From Octopus vulgaris (lineage: Eukaryota): a DNA stretch of 64,000 bases. A program made the translations under genes and the position numbers. Under the pieces are notes generated by a model, which saw nothing but the letters and a program-made list of their open reading frames with translations, made no database searches and had not been told where the DNA came from. The DNA is taken from assembly GCA_951406725.2 (NCBI GenBank), contig OX597828.1, positions 73,160,001 through 73,224,000 of the forward strand, written 5' to 3'. Shown here piece after piece: positions 9,926 through 22,426 of the stretch (position 1 is the stretch's first letter; each line of letters opens with the position of its first letter).

Positions 9926-11414
9926 CAGTTATATAATCGACTATAGGTTGTCTTTGAAAGAATTCTTGGCACTGTACCAATGTTGCAAAGCCTTTCCGAA
10001 CTGCTATGAATGGAACATCAGCAAAATTACTCAAGGTATTTACTTACATCCGTTAGTGCTGTGGGTCAAATCCCAATGTCATCAACTTTTCCAAGCCAGA
10101 TCAAATAAAGTACCTGTCATACATTGGGGTCGATGTAATCGAATGTTGCTCGCACCAAAATGTGAATACTGGGATCAACATAATCGACTGCCTCCCCTAA
10201 AATTTAAGGTCTTATACTTTTAGTAGAAAGGATATATTTTATAGCCCGAGAAACAGGAAACAGTCGAAAGGTGAAGCCTGGGATACTATTTTAGCTTTTC
10301 ACTCTGTTAATGGACGCAATCGAAGACACAGCTTGACTGAAACCACTGCGAGGCTTAGGCGCTAAAATAGCCATTCACCCATGCGTGCCTCACTCGTCGA
10401 ATGCAAACAAAAATGAGTTCTTGTCAAGTACCGCGGTTGATCTATCCAATTTTAGCTCCATCCCCTCCCGCAAAACACCAACAAAAATCTATGGCGTACT
10501 AATCTAAGAAATCATTAAGTTAATCATTCTTTATTTTGTTAATTACATTTCTACAATAATTATATGCTACGTTTGTGAAATTTCTTTTTATATCATCAAA
10601 TTGTTTACTTTTCTTACAAATTTCTTTTCCTGTTTTTCTTTTTATTTTGGATTTCTAAATGTTATTTTGCTAATTGTATTTCAGTTCCACTCTTCATGTT
10701 TTTTTGTTGTAGAATTAGTTGCTTCCGGCATTTTCTTACAGTTTTCTTTTTACATCGTAGACCTTCTTCCCACTCCGCCCTCCCCACAAATAAAAACAAA
10801 AACCACCAGTTTATAGTTGATTCGTCTTTTGTTTTATCAAACACAATTATTTCTAAATTCATCATTATTACCACCACCACCACCACCACAACTACAAATA
10901 CAACAAGCTCCACGGCCACCATTGCTACCATTACTGATGTTGAAACCAACAGCACAAACAAAATGTCATTCTATATAAATAGTAAATAAAAAATATTAAA
11001 GATTTAGCAAATAGAATTTTCTTTTGTTCTTTGATCACTTTTTTTTTTTGGTCTGGTTGAAAATAATGGATTAAAAATAGTGAGAAATTTTCCGATTATT
11101 TAAAAAAAAAAAGACTATGGTAGAATGAGTAGCAGTAAATTTAAAAACAAAATCTAAATAGAAATAAAAATAAATTAAGGAGGAAAACAAAAACCAAAAT
11201 TAATGCGTTAAATTAATTAACAATAATAGCGGAAATTTTCACTAAAGAAAATGAGAAAATTCTATAGAAAACGTATTCATTGTCTGTTAGGGCAACTGGT
11301 TAGATTCGAGTCTGGATTGAACTTGGTTAAGTACATAGAACAATGCATTTAGTCTCCCGTCTCTAACACCTGTTGTGGGTTGATAGCAATAATAATAATA
11401 ATAATAATAATAAT

Positions 11415-12305
11415 CCTTACTACTAATGGCACAAGGCCTGAAATTTGATGGAGCACAATAGTCGATAACATAGATGTCAGTGTTTCACTGATATTTAACT
11501 TATCGACCCCTAATCAATGAAAGGCACAGTCGACCTCAGCGGAATTTGAACCAAGGACCTGAAGACGGAGAGAATTCCGCTAAGCATTTTGCTCGGCGTG
11601 CTAATGGTTCTGCCAGTTAGTCGCCTTAGTAGTAGCAGCAGTAATAATAACAATAATTTCAAACTTTGTCACAAGGCCAGCAACTTCTCGAGAGAGGGGT
11701 TAAATCGATTACACCGACCCCAGAGCTCAAAGGATGAAAAGCAAAGTCGACCTCGCCGGAATTTGAACTCAGAACCTAGAGACGAACTAAATGCTATTAC
11801 GCATTTTGCTCGGCGCGCTAACGATTCTGCCAGCTCGCTGCCTGAGACGTAGTAGTAGTAGTAGCAGTAATAATAATTCTTTCTCCTATAGTCACAAGAC
11901 CTGTAATTTTTAGTGAAGGGCTAAGTCGATTAGATCGACCCCAGTACACAACAGGTACTTAATTTATCGACCCCGAAAGGATGAAAGGCAAAGTCGACCT
12001 CGGCGGAATTTGAACTCAGAATGTAGCGGCAGATGAAATATCGCCTTCTTAGTAGTATTAATAGTGATAATAACAAAAATAATAATAATACTAAGGCAGC
12101 GAGTAAGCAGAATCGTTAGCACGCCGGGCGAAATGCTTAGCGTATTTCGTCAGTCTTTACGTTCTGAGTTCAAATTCCGCCGCAGTCGACTTTACCTTTC
12201 AACCTTTCGGGGTCAATAAATTAAGTACCAGATGAGTACTGAGGTCGATCTAATCGACTGGCCCCCTCCCCAAAACTTCTGGGCCTTGTGCCTAGAATAG
12301 AAAAG
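11415..12305. mobile_element. Cluster of four SINE family A copies (three on -, one on +) in TAA/TAG repeats
   Basis: Copies at about 11415-11627(-), 11665-11843(-), 11880-12050(-) and 12093-12305(+). Confidence 0.85.
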
Positions 12306-13199
12306 CATATTTATAATAATACTAACAACAGTAGCCACCATAAAAAGAAAAGAATCTATAAAAAACAAGCAGCAGCTGTAATAATAACTGATGCTATCAC
12401 AATAATAATGACAACAACAACAAGAGCAAGAACAAAAAGAGCCGACATAAAGAATGCCAATCACAATTTCAATAACAATAATAATTAAAACCAAAATAAT
12501 ACAAATTAATATAAGCAAATGTAATAAAACAAAAGCTATGACAACAAAAACAAATAACAACAATAATTGCCAAAAAGCGTTCATAACAATAACAGCAACG
12601 ACTACAACTTCAACAACAATAGCTGCCAGAATAAGAATGAAGAAATCGTTCTGATAATGGAAATTGTTTTACTTATCTGTATTTATTTTTATTAACTTTT
12701 TGATTGAAAAGAAAAACAGTTTTATAAAATGGAAAATAATAAAAAGAAATAAAAATATATTTAAAAATACATTGGAATAAAAAGTTATGTAAATAACTAA
12801 AGATTTATGATAAAAAGAAACATAAAACGCACACAGACACTCACAAAAATTAGTGGCAGAATGAAATAGAGTTAGGATTGGTTACTAGGATTTAATTAAC
12901 TCAAACTAAATTTTTGAAACTACGAAGAATTTAGTCAATATTGCTGTTAGGTGAGTGAACAAGAAGACGCCATACTTATTAACAAATTTATTGCTAAAGA
13001 GAAGAAAAAAGGAAACGAAAAATATCGAACAATTAATATTTGTTTTTCCTCTTCGATCTGTGTTTTTTTTTCTCTTCTCTATTTTGTGTTGTCTTCAAAT
13101 ATTTCTTTCGTTATTTGTAATTTGTTCTGTTGTGTTTTTATTATTTTTATTACCATATTCATTGAGAATTTTAGGAGATACATCAAAAGATGAAGTTCT

Positions 13200-14360
13200 T
13201 GAGTCTTTGGAGCGAGAGTCCACTTGAAGATCTTTGAGGTGTCTTGTTCGAACTCAACTTTCAAGTGAATAAAAACTGAGAGTCTATAAGTAATTTTTTA
13301 CACTTCCTGGAAAGGAGTGATGATCAGAGTAGCCGACCGTCGTGACTTGTTACGAAGGACACCGGCCCAGATGGAAGAGTATAGTCTTTAGGTATTAGGG
13401 AAAGAGAATCGTTCCACCGTTCAAACACCTGCTAACAGTACGGGTCTTTGAATACCTATTTCTTTACTACCCACAAGGGGCCAAACACAGAGGGGACAAA
13501 CAAGGACAAACAAACGGATTTAGTCGATTACATCGACCCCAGTGCATAACTGGTACTTAATGTATCGACCCCGAAAGGATGAAAGGCAAAGTCGACCTCG
13601 GCGGAATTTGAACACAGAACGTAATGGTAGACGAAATACGGCTACACATTTCGCCCGGTGTGCTAACGTTTCTGCCAGTTCGCCGGGTCTTTGAATACCA
13701 TTGCTGAGAATGTGTGGGCACATGAAGAAACTCTTTGATGGCAGCGACGGCGAAGAAGCCGACGATGTTGTTCCTCTATCAGTCTTTCCTGCAGCTCCTC
13801 TCTTTGATGAAGCACAAACTGAGTCTGGTCCATTCCCTTCTGCAAATAGCAACTCTCATATTCGAAAAAATGTAAGATGTGGACATTGTGTCCTGCGACC
13901 GATTGTGATTGTTCACGAAGACAATCGGATGCCTTTCAGCACAGGGTACTCTGGACATCTCCAGAAACCGTTGGCTGACAAAATTACAAGTGGGTACATG
14001 TGGTTATTGCCGGTTTGATATAAACACTACACATATGGCCCTGCTAAAGCGTACCGGTATTGCGCACAATAGGACAAAACCTTGTGTTATACACCCGTTC
14101 AGTGTCTGTGAATTGCTCATTTGTGAAGCTACGTTGTGCAGCGATTATTTAGTGCAGATGCGATGCAGCTGTCACCTGAATCTGCATTTGGCGCTGTCGG
14201 TAATGTTTCCGATTCTGCACTTTACATATTTAGTTCTTACCGCTATTTCTATCTACAGGTTACTCCGGCTCAGCTATTATCAGGTCACTTCTCTTCGTCC
14301 ATAGCCAGCGGTCTTCTCTATCTGTCTTGGCTTCCGTATCTTTTCCAAACTGACCGTACG
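13200..14360 (-). mobile_element. Highly decayed LINE (RTE-like endonuclease region) interrupted by the SINE
   Basis: Minus-strand fragments 'AKCRFR*QLHRICTK*SL' and 'GDVQSTLC*KASDC' loosely resemble RTE APE motifs; GC-richer than flanks. Confidence 0.3.
13457..13684 (-). mobile_element. Young SINE family A with 16-bp target-site duplication
   Basis: CGGGTCTTTGAATACC at 13441-13456 and 13684-13699 flanks a full copy. Confidence 0.92.
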
Positions 14361-14422
<62 letters not shown>

Positions 14423-14425
<3 letters not shown>

Positions 14426-14545
14426 GGTGGTGAGCTGGCAGAATCGTTTGCGCGTTGGACGAAATGCTTAGCGGCGTTTCGCTCATCACTACGTTCTGAG
14501 TTCAAATTCCACCGGGGTCGACTCTGCTTTCATCCTTTCGGGGTC
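14423..14545 (+). mobile_element. SINE family A, 5' part, after (ATT)n
   Basis: AAGGTGGTGAGCTGGCAGAATCGTT...GAGTTCAAATTCC...CATCCTTTCGGGG. Confidence 0.8.
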
Positions 14546-15233
14546 CACAAAATAGGTAGAAGCTGCCCTTGTGGCAAAAATTAGTAATAATTATTATTGA
14601 TGTTATATTATTGATGTTTTGATTACTAATGATGTCATCTAAAAAAAATCTATCTAGAAGTTTTTTCCTTACTCTTCCTATAACTCCTCGTTAATTTCCA
14701 AGACCTTTCTCCTTAACATTTTTAACCCTGTAAGTCGATTCCACTGATATAAATTATTTCCCTTTATTGACCTTTTCACTCTAAGGAGACACCTAAATTA
14801 GACGCTATATGATACATAACGGATATTGCTATTTGAATAATCTGAAAAGAGCCAATATTACACCACTTAAACAGTATAATAGGTAATTGTAACCGGCAAT
14901 CGAAAGTCTAGTGGCTTTTTTTCTAGTCTGATTTAGTTCGTGATTAAAATTCAATATAAATTCTGTTTAAAAATAAAGGAAGAGATAACAAAAGTGAAAA
15001 AATATAAGAAGGAGATAAAAAGACAAGAACAGAAGACAGACACAGCGAAGAAGATAAATAGAGAGGAGTGGGGGGAGGCAATCAAAGGAACTAAGAGGGA
15101 GAGATCTTCAGAATTGATAAAAATAAAGCTTTCAAGACCGATAGAATATTTAACAGTAGGAAACAGAAATCTATATAAAAGTGCGTGGGTATACACGTAT
15201 ATAATACATATGTGCACCTACGTACACACTCTG

Positions 15234-15274
<41 letters not shown>

Positions 15275-15286
15275 ATATTATATATT

Positions 15287-15334
<48 letters not shown>

Positions 15335-15379
15335 CATGCATACATACACACACACATACACACACACACACACACACAC

Positions 15380-15412
<33 letters not shown>

Positions 15413-16404
15413 TGTAGGTATGTATATATATATATGTATGCATGCATGTATATGCATACACACATGCGCGCATGTACAAATCTAGTCGTCCTTGGCTGTT
15501 GTTACGGTGTAAGATAGAATGCATTGAGTTCAAGTCAGCGCTCTGAGGTTCAAATCTCATCGACGTCTCGTTGCATTTCATATGCTTTCGAGGTCGATAG
15601 ACGGAATACTGAGTCGCAGTTGCGCAGCCTTCTTTCCGAGAAAGTTGTGTTTATATAGATTTGATGGACTTACATGTGTGTAATAAAATGCATAATACTT
15701 TCAGAAAATTATGTGATACGACTGCAAATTGATACTTGCGTGTTTTTTTAACGCGCAATTCTGTTTCCGTTATTTCTTTGAGACAAACCATTGCAACTAT
15801 TTCCGATCCACTTTCTTATGCACAACATGAATGTAATACACGGCGGTGTCTTAATCGAATACAGTTCCAAATACGTATTCTAAATTAATTCTAGTCTGGC
15901 TAGCTTTAGCTCATATCAATATATGTTTGATTTACTGATATCTATTTTGGAACAAGCATTTTTCCCCCGTTTAGCTCAGAATGTCTGAGATATTCGTCAT
16001 TGAGGCGATTGACTCACATTGAAGCGGAGTGTCTGCTGACCCACCGGCGTTTCTAGCGAAGTTCTTTGCTTTTAATAGAGATGCTTTTCCCGCGACAAAA
16101 TATAACGTATAGTGCCTTTCGACGTTTGTGTATACATTGTAAAATTATACACACCAGTATCAATAAATATATATAAAATTATCTACTGAGATATAAATAT
16201 AGATATGTTATATATAAATGTAAAGAATATTTTTCTTCTTTTAAGCATTAAACAAATACATTCGATAAATTTGTTCTCCCATACTGTCTATTTTTGGACT
16301 CATTGCCAAACATGTCAACATATCTTAATTATATACATACATACATACACGTAAATATAGATGTATGTAGGGCATAGGAATATATATATATATATATATA
16401 TATA

Positions 16405-16702
16405 TACATTATATAATTAGGGCTTAGTAAAATAAATTACTTTGCCACATACTGAACTTTCTAGAAATAGCAGCCAAAAAAGTTTTTTAGCCATTTCCAC
16501 TACTTTCTTTAAGTAGTGGAAATGGCTAAAAAACTTTTTTGGCTGCTATTTCTAGAAAGTTCAGTATGTGGCAAAGTAATTTATTTTACTAAGCCCTAAT
16601 TATATAATGTAATATTTTGAATTCGCCTTAAATGGTCCTTTTACATACTGAATACTTGGGTGAAATTGATTAATAACTAATTAATTTTACCCTCAATTGT
16701 TG
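16405..16702. mobile_element. Non-coding element in (TA)n with a perfect 101-bp inverted duplication
   Basis: Arms 16405-16505 and 16511-16611 with a 5-nt spacer, unique tail to 16702, TA repeats on both sides. Confidence 0.85.
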
Positions 16703-17458
16703 ATATATATATATACATATATATTTGCAAATGTATATATACATGTGTGTGTAACTATGTATGTGCCTGAGTGCACTTATTTGCAATCACAAGTGTATGA
16801 GCATGCGTGTGAGGAGATTATAAACCGCTGCATCGCCTGCAGTCAAAACTTCGTTCTGCATTTCAAATTTTCTATTGAGGAATGGATTTCTCGGTTTGAA
16901 TCAAGATGGACAGGAAATTTCCGGTTTGTTGGTTCAGTAACCGGAAGTCGATTTTGTCAACATCTTGACAGCTCGTGGATGTTTGTGTTTGGTGTAATCT
17001 CGTGTGAAATAATATGAAATAGTTACTGAAGGGCTGTAGACATCTGCTAATTGTGAGAAACGATGACGATGACGACAACGATGATGATGACAATGCCGAT
17101 GATGACAGTGTCGATGATGATGTTGTTTTTAGTGGTGGTGGACGGCGGTGGGGGATGCAAGGGGACGATTCGATGAAGAATGATGGTAATGATAGTGTCG
17201 GTCCTGGTGGGAATGACGACTCTGTTGAGGGGGATTGCAGTCATAATATGATTATGATAAGGAGGAGGAAGAGATAGGAGAGGATGATAATGATAATGAT
17301 GATTATGTTAATGAGAATAACAATAATAATAATGAAAATAATGGTTTCAAATTTTGGTACAAAGACCAGCGATTTCGGCGTAGCGCTCAACTGGTACTTA
17401 TTTTGTCGATCACGAAAAGTATGTATGTATGTATGTATGTATGTATGTATGTATGTAT

Positions 17459-17862
17459 GTGAGTGGCTGTGTGGTAAGTAGCTTGTTTACCAACCACATG
17501 GTTCCGGGTTCAGTCCCACTGCGTGGCACCTTGGGCAAGTGTCTTCTGCTATAGCCTCGGGCCGACCAAAGCCTTGTGAATGGATTTGGTAGACGGAAAC
17601 TGAAAGAAGCCCGTCGTATATATGTATATGTATAGATGCGTGTGTGTGTTTGTGTGTCTGTGTTTGTCTCCCTAGCATTGCTTGACAACCGATGCTGTGT
17701 GTTTATGTCCCCGTTACTTAGCGGTTCGGCAAAAGAGACCGATAGAATAAGTACTGGGCTTACAAAGGAATAAGTCCCGGGGTCGAGTTGCTCGATTAAA
17801 GGCGGTGCTCCAGCATGGCCGCAGTCAAATGACTGAAACAAGTAAAAGAGTAAGAGTAAAGA

Positions 17863-17864
<2 letters not shown>
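17459..17864 (+). mobile_element. SINE family B, full length
   Basis: tRNA-like head GTGGCTGTGTGGTAAG...GGGTTCAGTCCC, GGCACCTTGGGCAAG, tail (GTAAAAGA)n. Confidence 0.92.
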
Positions 17865-17904
<40 letters not shown>

Positions 17905-18290
17905 CCAAAGAACAGAGTAAGAACGTAACGGACGACAATAAAAGCACACGGTCAGATAGAGATACAAAGATGGACTGGAAAAAACAGGGCGAAACATCCG
18001 TTGGTTTCTTTCATCAGTCAAGCTTCTAATCATCATTACAGTTTCGGCCTGTTGCACTTGAGACTATTCAAAATTGGAAGTCCTCAAAGGTCTGAGCTAA
18101 GGGCATAAAAGTGTTGGAAGAAAACAAACGAATACGTGCGAAAACACATTACAAAAAGACGGAGAAAATGTGACACGGTTAAAAATAGAAACAACAACAG
18201 GTGTCTTTCGACTGCTGGCGTGTAAAGTGGAAGCCTTAAGACACACACGCGCGTTCACAAACACACACACCTGTATATACATATTAGAGA

Positions 18291-18343
<53 letters not shown>

Positions 18344-19249
18344 AGTGAGAGATTGACTCTTCATACTGACTGCGCATTAATATTATTTGTTGGGTCATAT
18401 ACTTTTATAACATTTTTTCGGTGGGAATTCGGTTTGCAGCATTTTGTGTGGCTATCATTTGTGTCAGTTTGTCACTGACTTTGTCTCCTACTTCCCTCCA
18501 CTTACATCATCATCATTTACCGTTTTCATTTGCTAATATATTATTTACGCAATGATTTCATCGCAGACTTAAGTTTGTGCTTCTCTGTGTGACGTATTGG
18601 CTTGAAATTGGTCGAACTTTAAACTTCTTATATTTCCAATATATTTCCTATTTGTCTCTATTCGATGCTGACGATTTATATTGTGCTTATTTGTTATTTT
18701 CCTGCTGAATATTTAAAACATTAAACTTTTCTTTCTAAAGTATTTACTGTTTTATTCATTTTCGTATAACATTCTTGTTTATTTTGGGGCGATGTGACGA
18801 AGATACATTTTACCCCACCTCAGAAAGGTGGTTATTATGGAAACGTTGGTTGCGTGCGATTACTTCTAAGTATCTGTGCACGCATAATGCTTATAAATAT
18901 ATGCGTCCAAACTTGATTTACGCGTTTGCCACCACAACCCCCTTTTGGCTTAGCAGCCTTTCCCGTTTGTTTTCAGTGTCCTGTTCGTTTTACAAATGTT
19001 GACCGTCCGCAAAATCCCCAATTTTAAAAATTTGCTTTGAGGAAGCAACTGTTTTATGGAAAGCGTATATTGTTGTTAAATGTTCGAAATATGAGACTAG
19101 AAAAACAGCCAACAACTGATGAAGAGTCGTTCTTTATGTTGTTTGTTTTGTTTTCCATTTGTATCTTTCGTTGTTCGAAAGAATAGTTCATGTTCCATGT
19201 TCTCATGCTTCGTATTCTTCTGTTGTTCACGTTTCGTGACGTCCTGTGC

Positions 19250-19287
<38 letters not shown>

Positions 19288-19409
19288 GTATAGATGTATG
19301 TGCATATGCGTATGTATATATATATATATATAATAATTCATATTATTATATGACTGAACGTCACGCATCCTCTTCCAATTAAGTCTTATATATATATATA
19401 TATATATAT

Positions 19410-19662
19410 AAATTAATTGTTATCGCCATACTAATATGGCATTCTTATAGATATAAGAATAATCGCTGCAATGGTCAGCTCCATGCGGCCACCGCCATCA
19501 AGATAGCTATTGATACACGATCTGTATCCATTATAATCTTCGAACATGGCAGCGATTATTCTTATATCTATAAGAATGCCATATTAGTATGGCGATAACA
19601 ATTAATTTCCAGTAAACGCTGCCATAATCTCTTTTATAGAGACTTAGTAATTTTAATATTTC

Positions 19663-19667
<5 letters not shown>
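19410..19667. mobile_element. Non-coding element in (TA)n with a perfect 60-bp inverted duplication
   Basis: Arms 19410-19469 and 19549-19608 with a 79-nt spacer, unique tail to about 19667, TA tracts on both sides. Confidence 0.85.
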
Positions 19668-19734
<67 letters not shown>

Positions 19735-19777
19735 AATGAAATTGGCAACGCAATGAGAAATTGTCATGAACTTCATT

Positions 19778-19857
19778 AGCTTACAGTTGTTTCTGCTATA
19801 GGATGAAATCCATTGTAGTTGAAGTCTTGTGTATCACCGTATAGCTTCATCAGAGCT
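19778..19857 (-). ncRNA. Type I hammerhead ribozyme motif (Penelope-type), intact core
   Basis: Minus strand: agct-CTGATGA-a-GCTATA...TATAGC-a-GAAA-CAACTG-TA-agct, giving stem I, core, stem II with a long loop, near-palindromic stem III and a GUA site. Confidence 0.7.
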
Positions 19858-20018
19858 TCTGAACTCACTTAGATTTCGTATTACTGCTCTTTACTTGACA
19901 GGCGCTTTGTTCTGAAGCATATGTTCACTAATTCTAACAGTGGGATGTTACTATCGCGAAAGAGTAAAACACACTCACACACATACACACACACATATAT
20001 ACATATATACATATGTAG

Positions 20019-20059
<41 letters not shown>

Positions 20060-20061
<2 letters not shown>

Positions 20062-20269
20062 CTAATCCAAACATGAAAACACAAAGAGAAAAAACAACAA
20101 CGCGAGGACGTGGAACAAGTATAGTGTTATTGGACACTCAGGAAAAGACAGAAAGAAGGATGATTTAAAGTTTGGAGCGGAGCTCTTCGTCAGAAACATA
20201 AGAAAAGGAAAGATCCAAAGAAGGGAAGACGGAGTAAAAAATCGCTAACGGTACACAAGTGGTCACATT

Positions 20270-20270
<1 letters not shown>
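20060..20270 (-). mobile_element. Short non-autonomous element, family H1, with hammerhead-like motif (20164-20197)
   Basis: Minus strand: gttt-CTGACGA-AGAGC tcc GCTC-CAAA-CTT-TA-aat. Flanked by (TA)n; similar to 21865-22035 and 38472-38655. Confidence 0.6.
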
Positions 20271-20302
<32 letters not shown>

Positions 20303-21593
20303 CGAGGGGCGTTCAATAAGTAATGCCCCTGACCCACTTCCCATAGAAGTAGAGCAACGAAACTTGGCACAGTTATTAGTCTTTTTCTACATAGGAACCA
20401 CCCAGAGTTACGCATTTCTCCCATTGTTTGATGCAGCTCTGGAGACCGTTTTTATAGAAGACCCCAGCTTGGTCCTCCAACCTGAACGCGACTTCAGAAA
20501 TCAAGGCTGCATCATCTGGGAAACGCTTTCCTTTCAAAAACAACTTCATGACTGGGAAGGGGTGAAAATCAGAGGGTGCAAGGTCAGGAAAGTAGGGGGA
20601 ATGGGGAGGAGTTCATAGCCATACGCCTGTGCTTCTGATCTAGCGACAAGCGAGTTGTGGACCGGAGCGTTGTCCTGCAGGAGGAGGATGCCTTTGCTGA
20701 TCTTGCCCCGCCTCTTGATTTTGATAACTTCTCTTAATTTCCTCAAAAGTGAAGCATAATAGGCTCCTGCAATTGTTGTACCCTTTGCTAGGAAATCTGT
20801 CATCACTACTCCGTCCTGGTCCCAGAAGACTGTGAGCATGACCTTGCCAGCGGAGGGCTGCACCCTTGCCTTCTTTGGAGGGGGTGAGTCACGGTGCTTC
20901 CACTGCATTGACTGGGCTTTGGTCTCTGGATCATCGTGATGGACCCAGGTTTCATCCTGTGTAATCAGTCTTTTGAAAAATTTTGACTCATCTTCTTGGC
21001 ACATCTCCAAATTCACCCTCGAGCACTCGACGCGTTCTTGCTTCTGGAAAGGCGTGAGCAACCTGGGAATCCATCTGGCAGATACCTTTTGCATATGCAA
21101 ATGGTCATGAATGATAGTTTCCACAGACCCGGTACTAATCTTGACCTCATGGGCTATTTGGCGAATAGTTATGCGTCGATCTCCCAAAATGGCAGCCTCA
21201 ACTTGACGGACAGATGCCTCATCAATGGCAGAAGGGGGCGACCAGATCTGGGAGCTGTTTCCACAGAGTTCCGACCATGTTTGAATTCACGATGCCAGCG
21301 TTTTACAAGGTCATATGATGGGGCATCATCACCATAAGTTACTTTCATTTCATCAAAAGTCTCCCGTGGTGTGCGTCCTTTCAAATACAAAAACCGGATC
21401 ACTGCTCGACACTCAACAGGCTCCATTTAACACTTGACTTGGTTCAAACACCTGTAAATCAGAAACCACAATTAATTCAGTGCTGTAATTTGCCACCTAT
21501 TCTATAGAGATATTAATAATTGCACATGCAAAATTGTAGCTAGATCAAACAGCTGCAAGTGGGTCAGAGGCATTACTTATTGAACGTCCCTCG
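20303..21593 (-). mobile_element. Full-length mariner (Tc1/mariner DD34D) DNA transposon, 1291 bp
   Basis: 36-bp TIRs at 20303-20338 and 21558-21593 (2 mismatches), TA target duplication on both sides, internal transposase. Confidence 0.97.
20376..21426 (-). pseudogene. Mariner transposase pseudogene (two frameshifts)
   Basis: MEPVECRAVIRF...RSGRP / WIPRLL / ITQDETW / LLQDNAPVH / YFPDLAPSDF / WEKCVTLGGSYVEKD*. Frameshifts near 21235 and 20605; reconstructed D-to-D spacing is 34. Confidence 0.95.
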
Positions 21594-21864
21594 TATATAG
21601 CAAATAAGAAAATGGAGAGTATAAATTAAGGGTTAACGACTTTTTATCCCCGCCCATATATAACACTCAATTGCGAGATTGACACACGATAACCAGCATT
21701 TGGGTATGAATAATTCGGTACACTACCAGCAATATATTGGATAGGTACTATCCCTTAGATGGTTGATTTCCCAACCTCTAAGTCTCACATAATTATACAT
21801 ATATATGTGTGTGTGTGTTTGTGTGTGTGTGAGTGTGTGTGCGCGCGCGTGTGTGTATAGTGAG

Positions 21865-22035
21865 AACTTACAAAAAAAAGCAAAAGTCGAAAACGGGTGT
21901 GTAAACAACAAACATATGTATTAGTTTAACGCTCGGGAAGTGAGCGTTACGTTTCGAGCCTACGCTCTTCGGCAGAAAGGAACACAGAAATAAACAGGGA
22001 GAGAAAATAGAAAAAGGTTTAGTGGCTAGCGAACT
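21865..22035 (-). mobile_element. Family H1 element with variant hammerhead core (21946-21980)
   Basis: Minus strand: cttt-CTGCCGA-AGAGC gtag GCTC-GAAA-CG-TA. Confidence 0.6.
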
Positions 22036-22358
22036 AACAATACATATATATATATATATGAATCATATACTTCAAGATATATGGGAAATGGATATATCGA
22101 TTTTACATTTTACTACTGGAGATCTTTGAGATTACCGCCGTCTTTGAGGCTTCTTCGTGGAGTAATAAATTCAGGCAGAAGAAATAATGCTTGCATGTTT
22201 GCATTAATATGCATGATCGGCGTTATATAATGCAATGCTATATTCAGAAATCAAGGCAAATAAGGAAATCTCGCTCAGTAGATTCCGCAAGAGTTGTCTG
22301 CGATAACACCACACAATTCTCTGAAGACAGATAGATAAGTATATATATATATATATAT

Positions 22359-22359
<1 letters not shown>

Positions 22360-22425
<66 letters not shown>
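22360..22425. repeat. (TAGA)n microsatellite
   Basis: Direct reading. Confidence 0.95.

Positions 22426-22426
<1 letters not shown>

Noticed and set aside
17900-18240. Possible hammerhead motifs (CTGATGA near 18011-18017 minus; GAAAGACAC near 18210)
   Set aside because: Could not assemble stems II and III with correct spacing.
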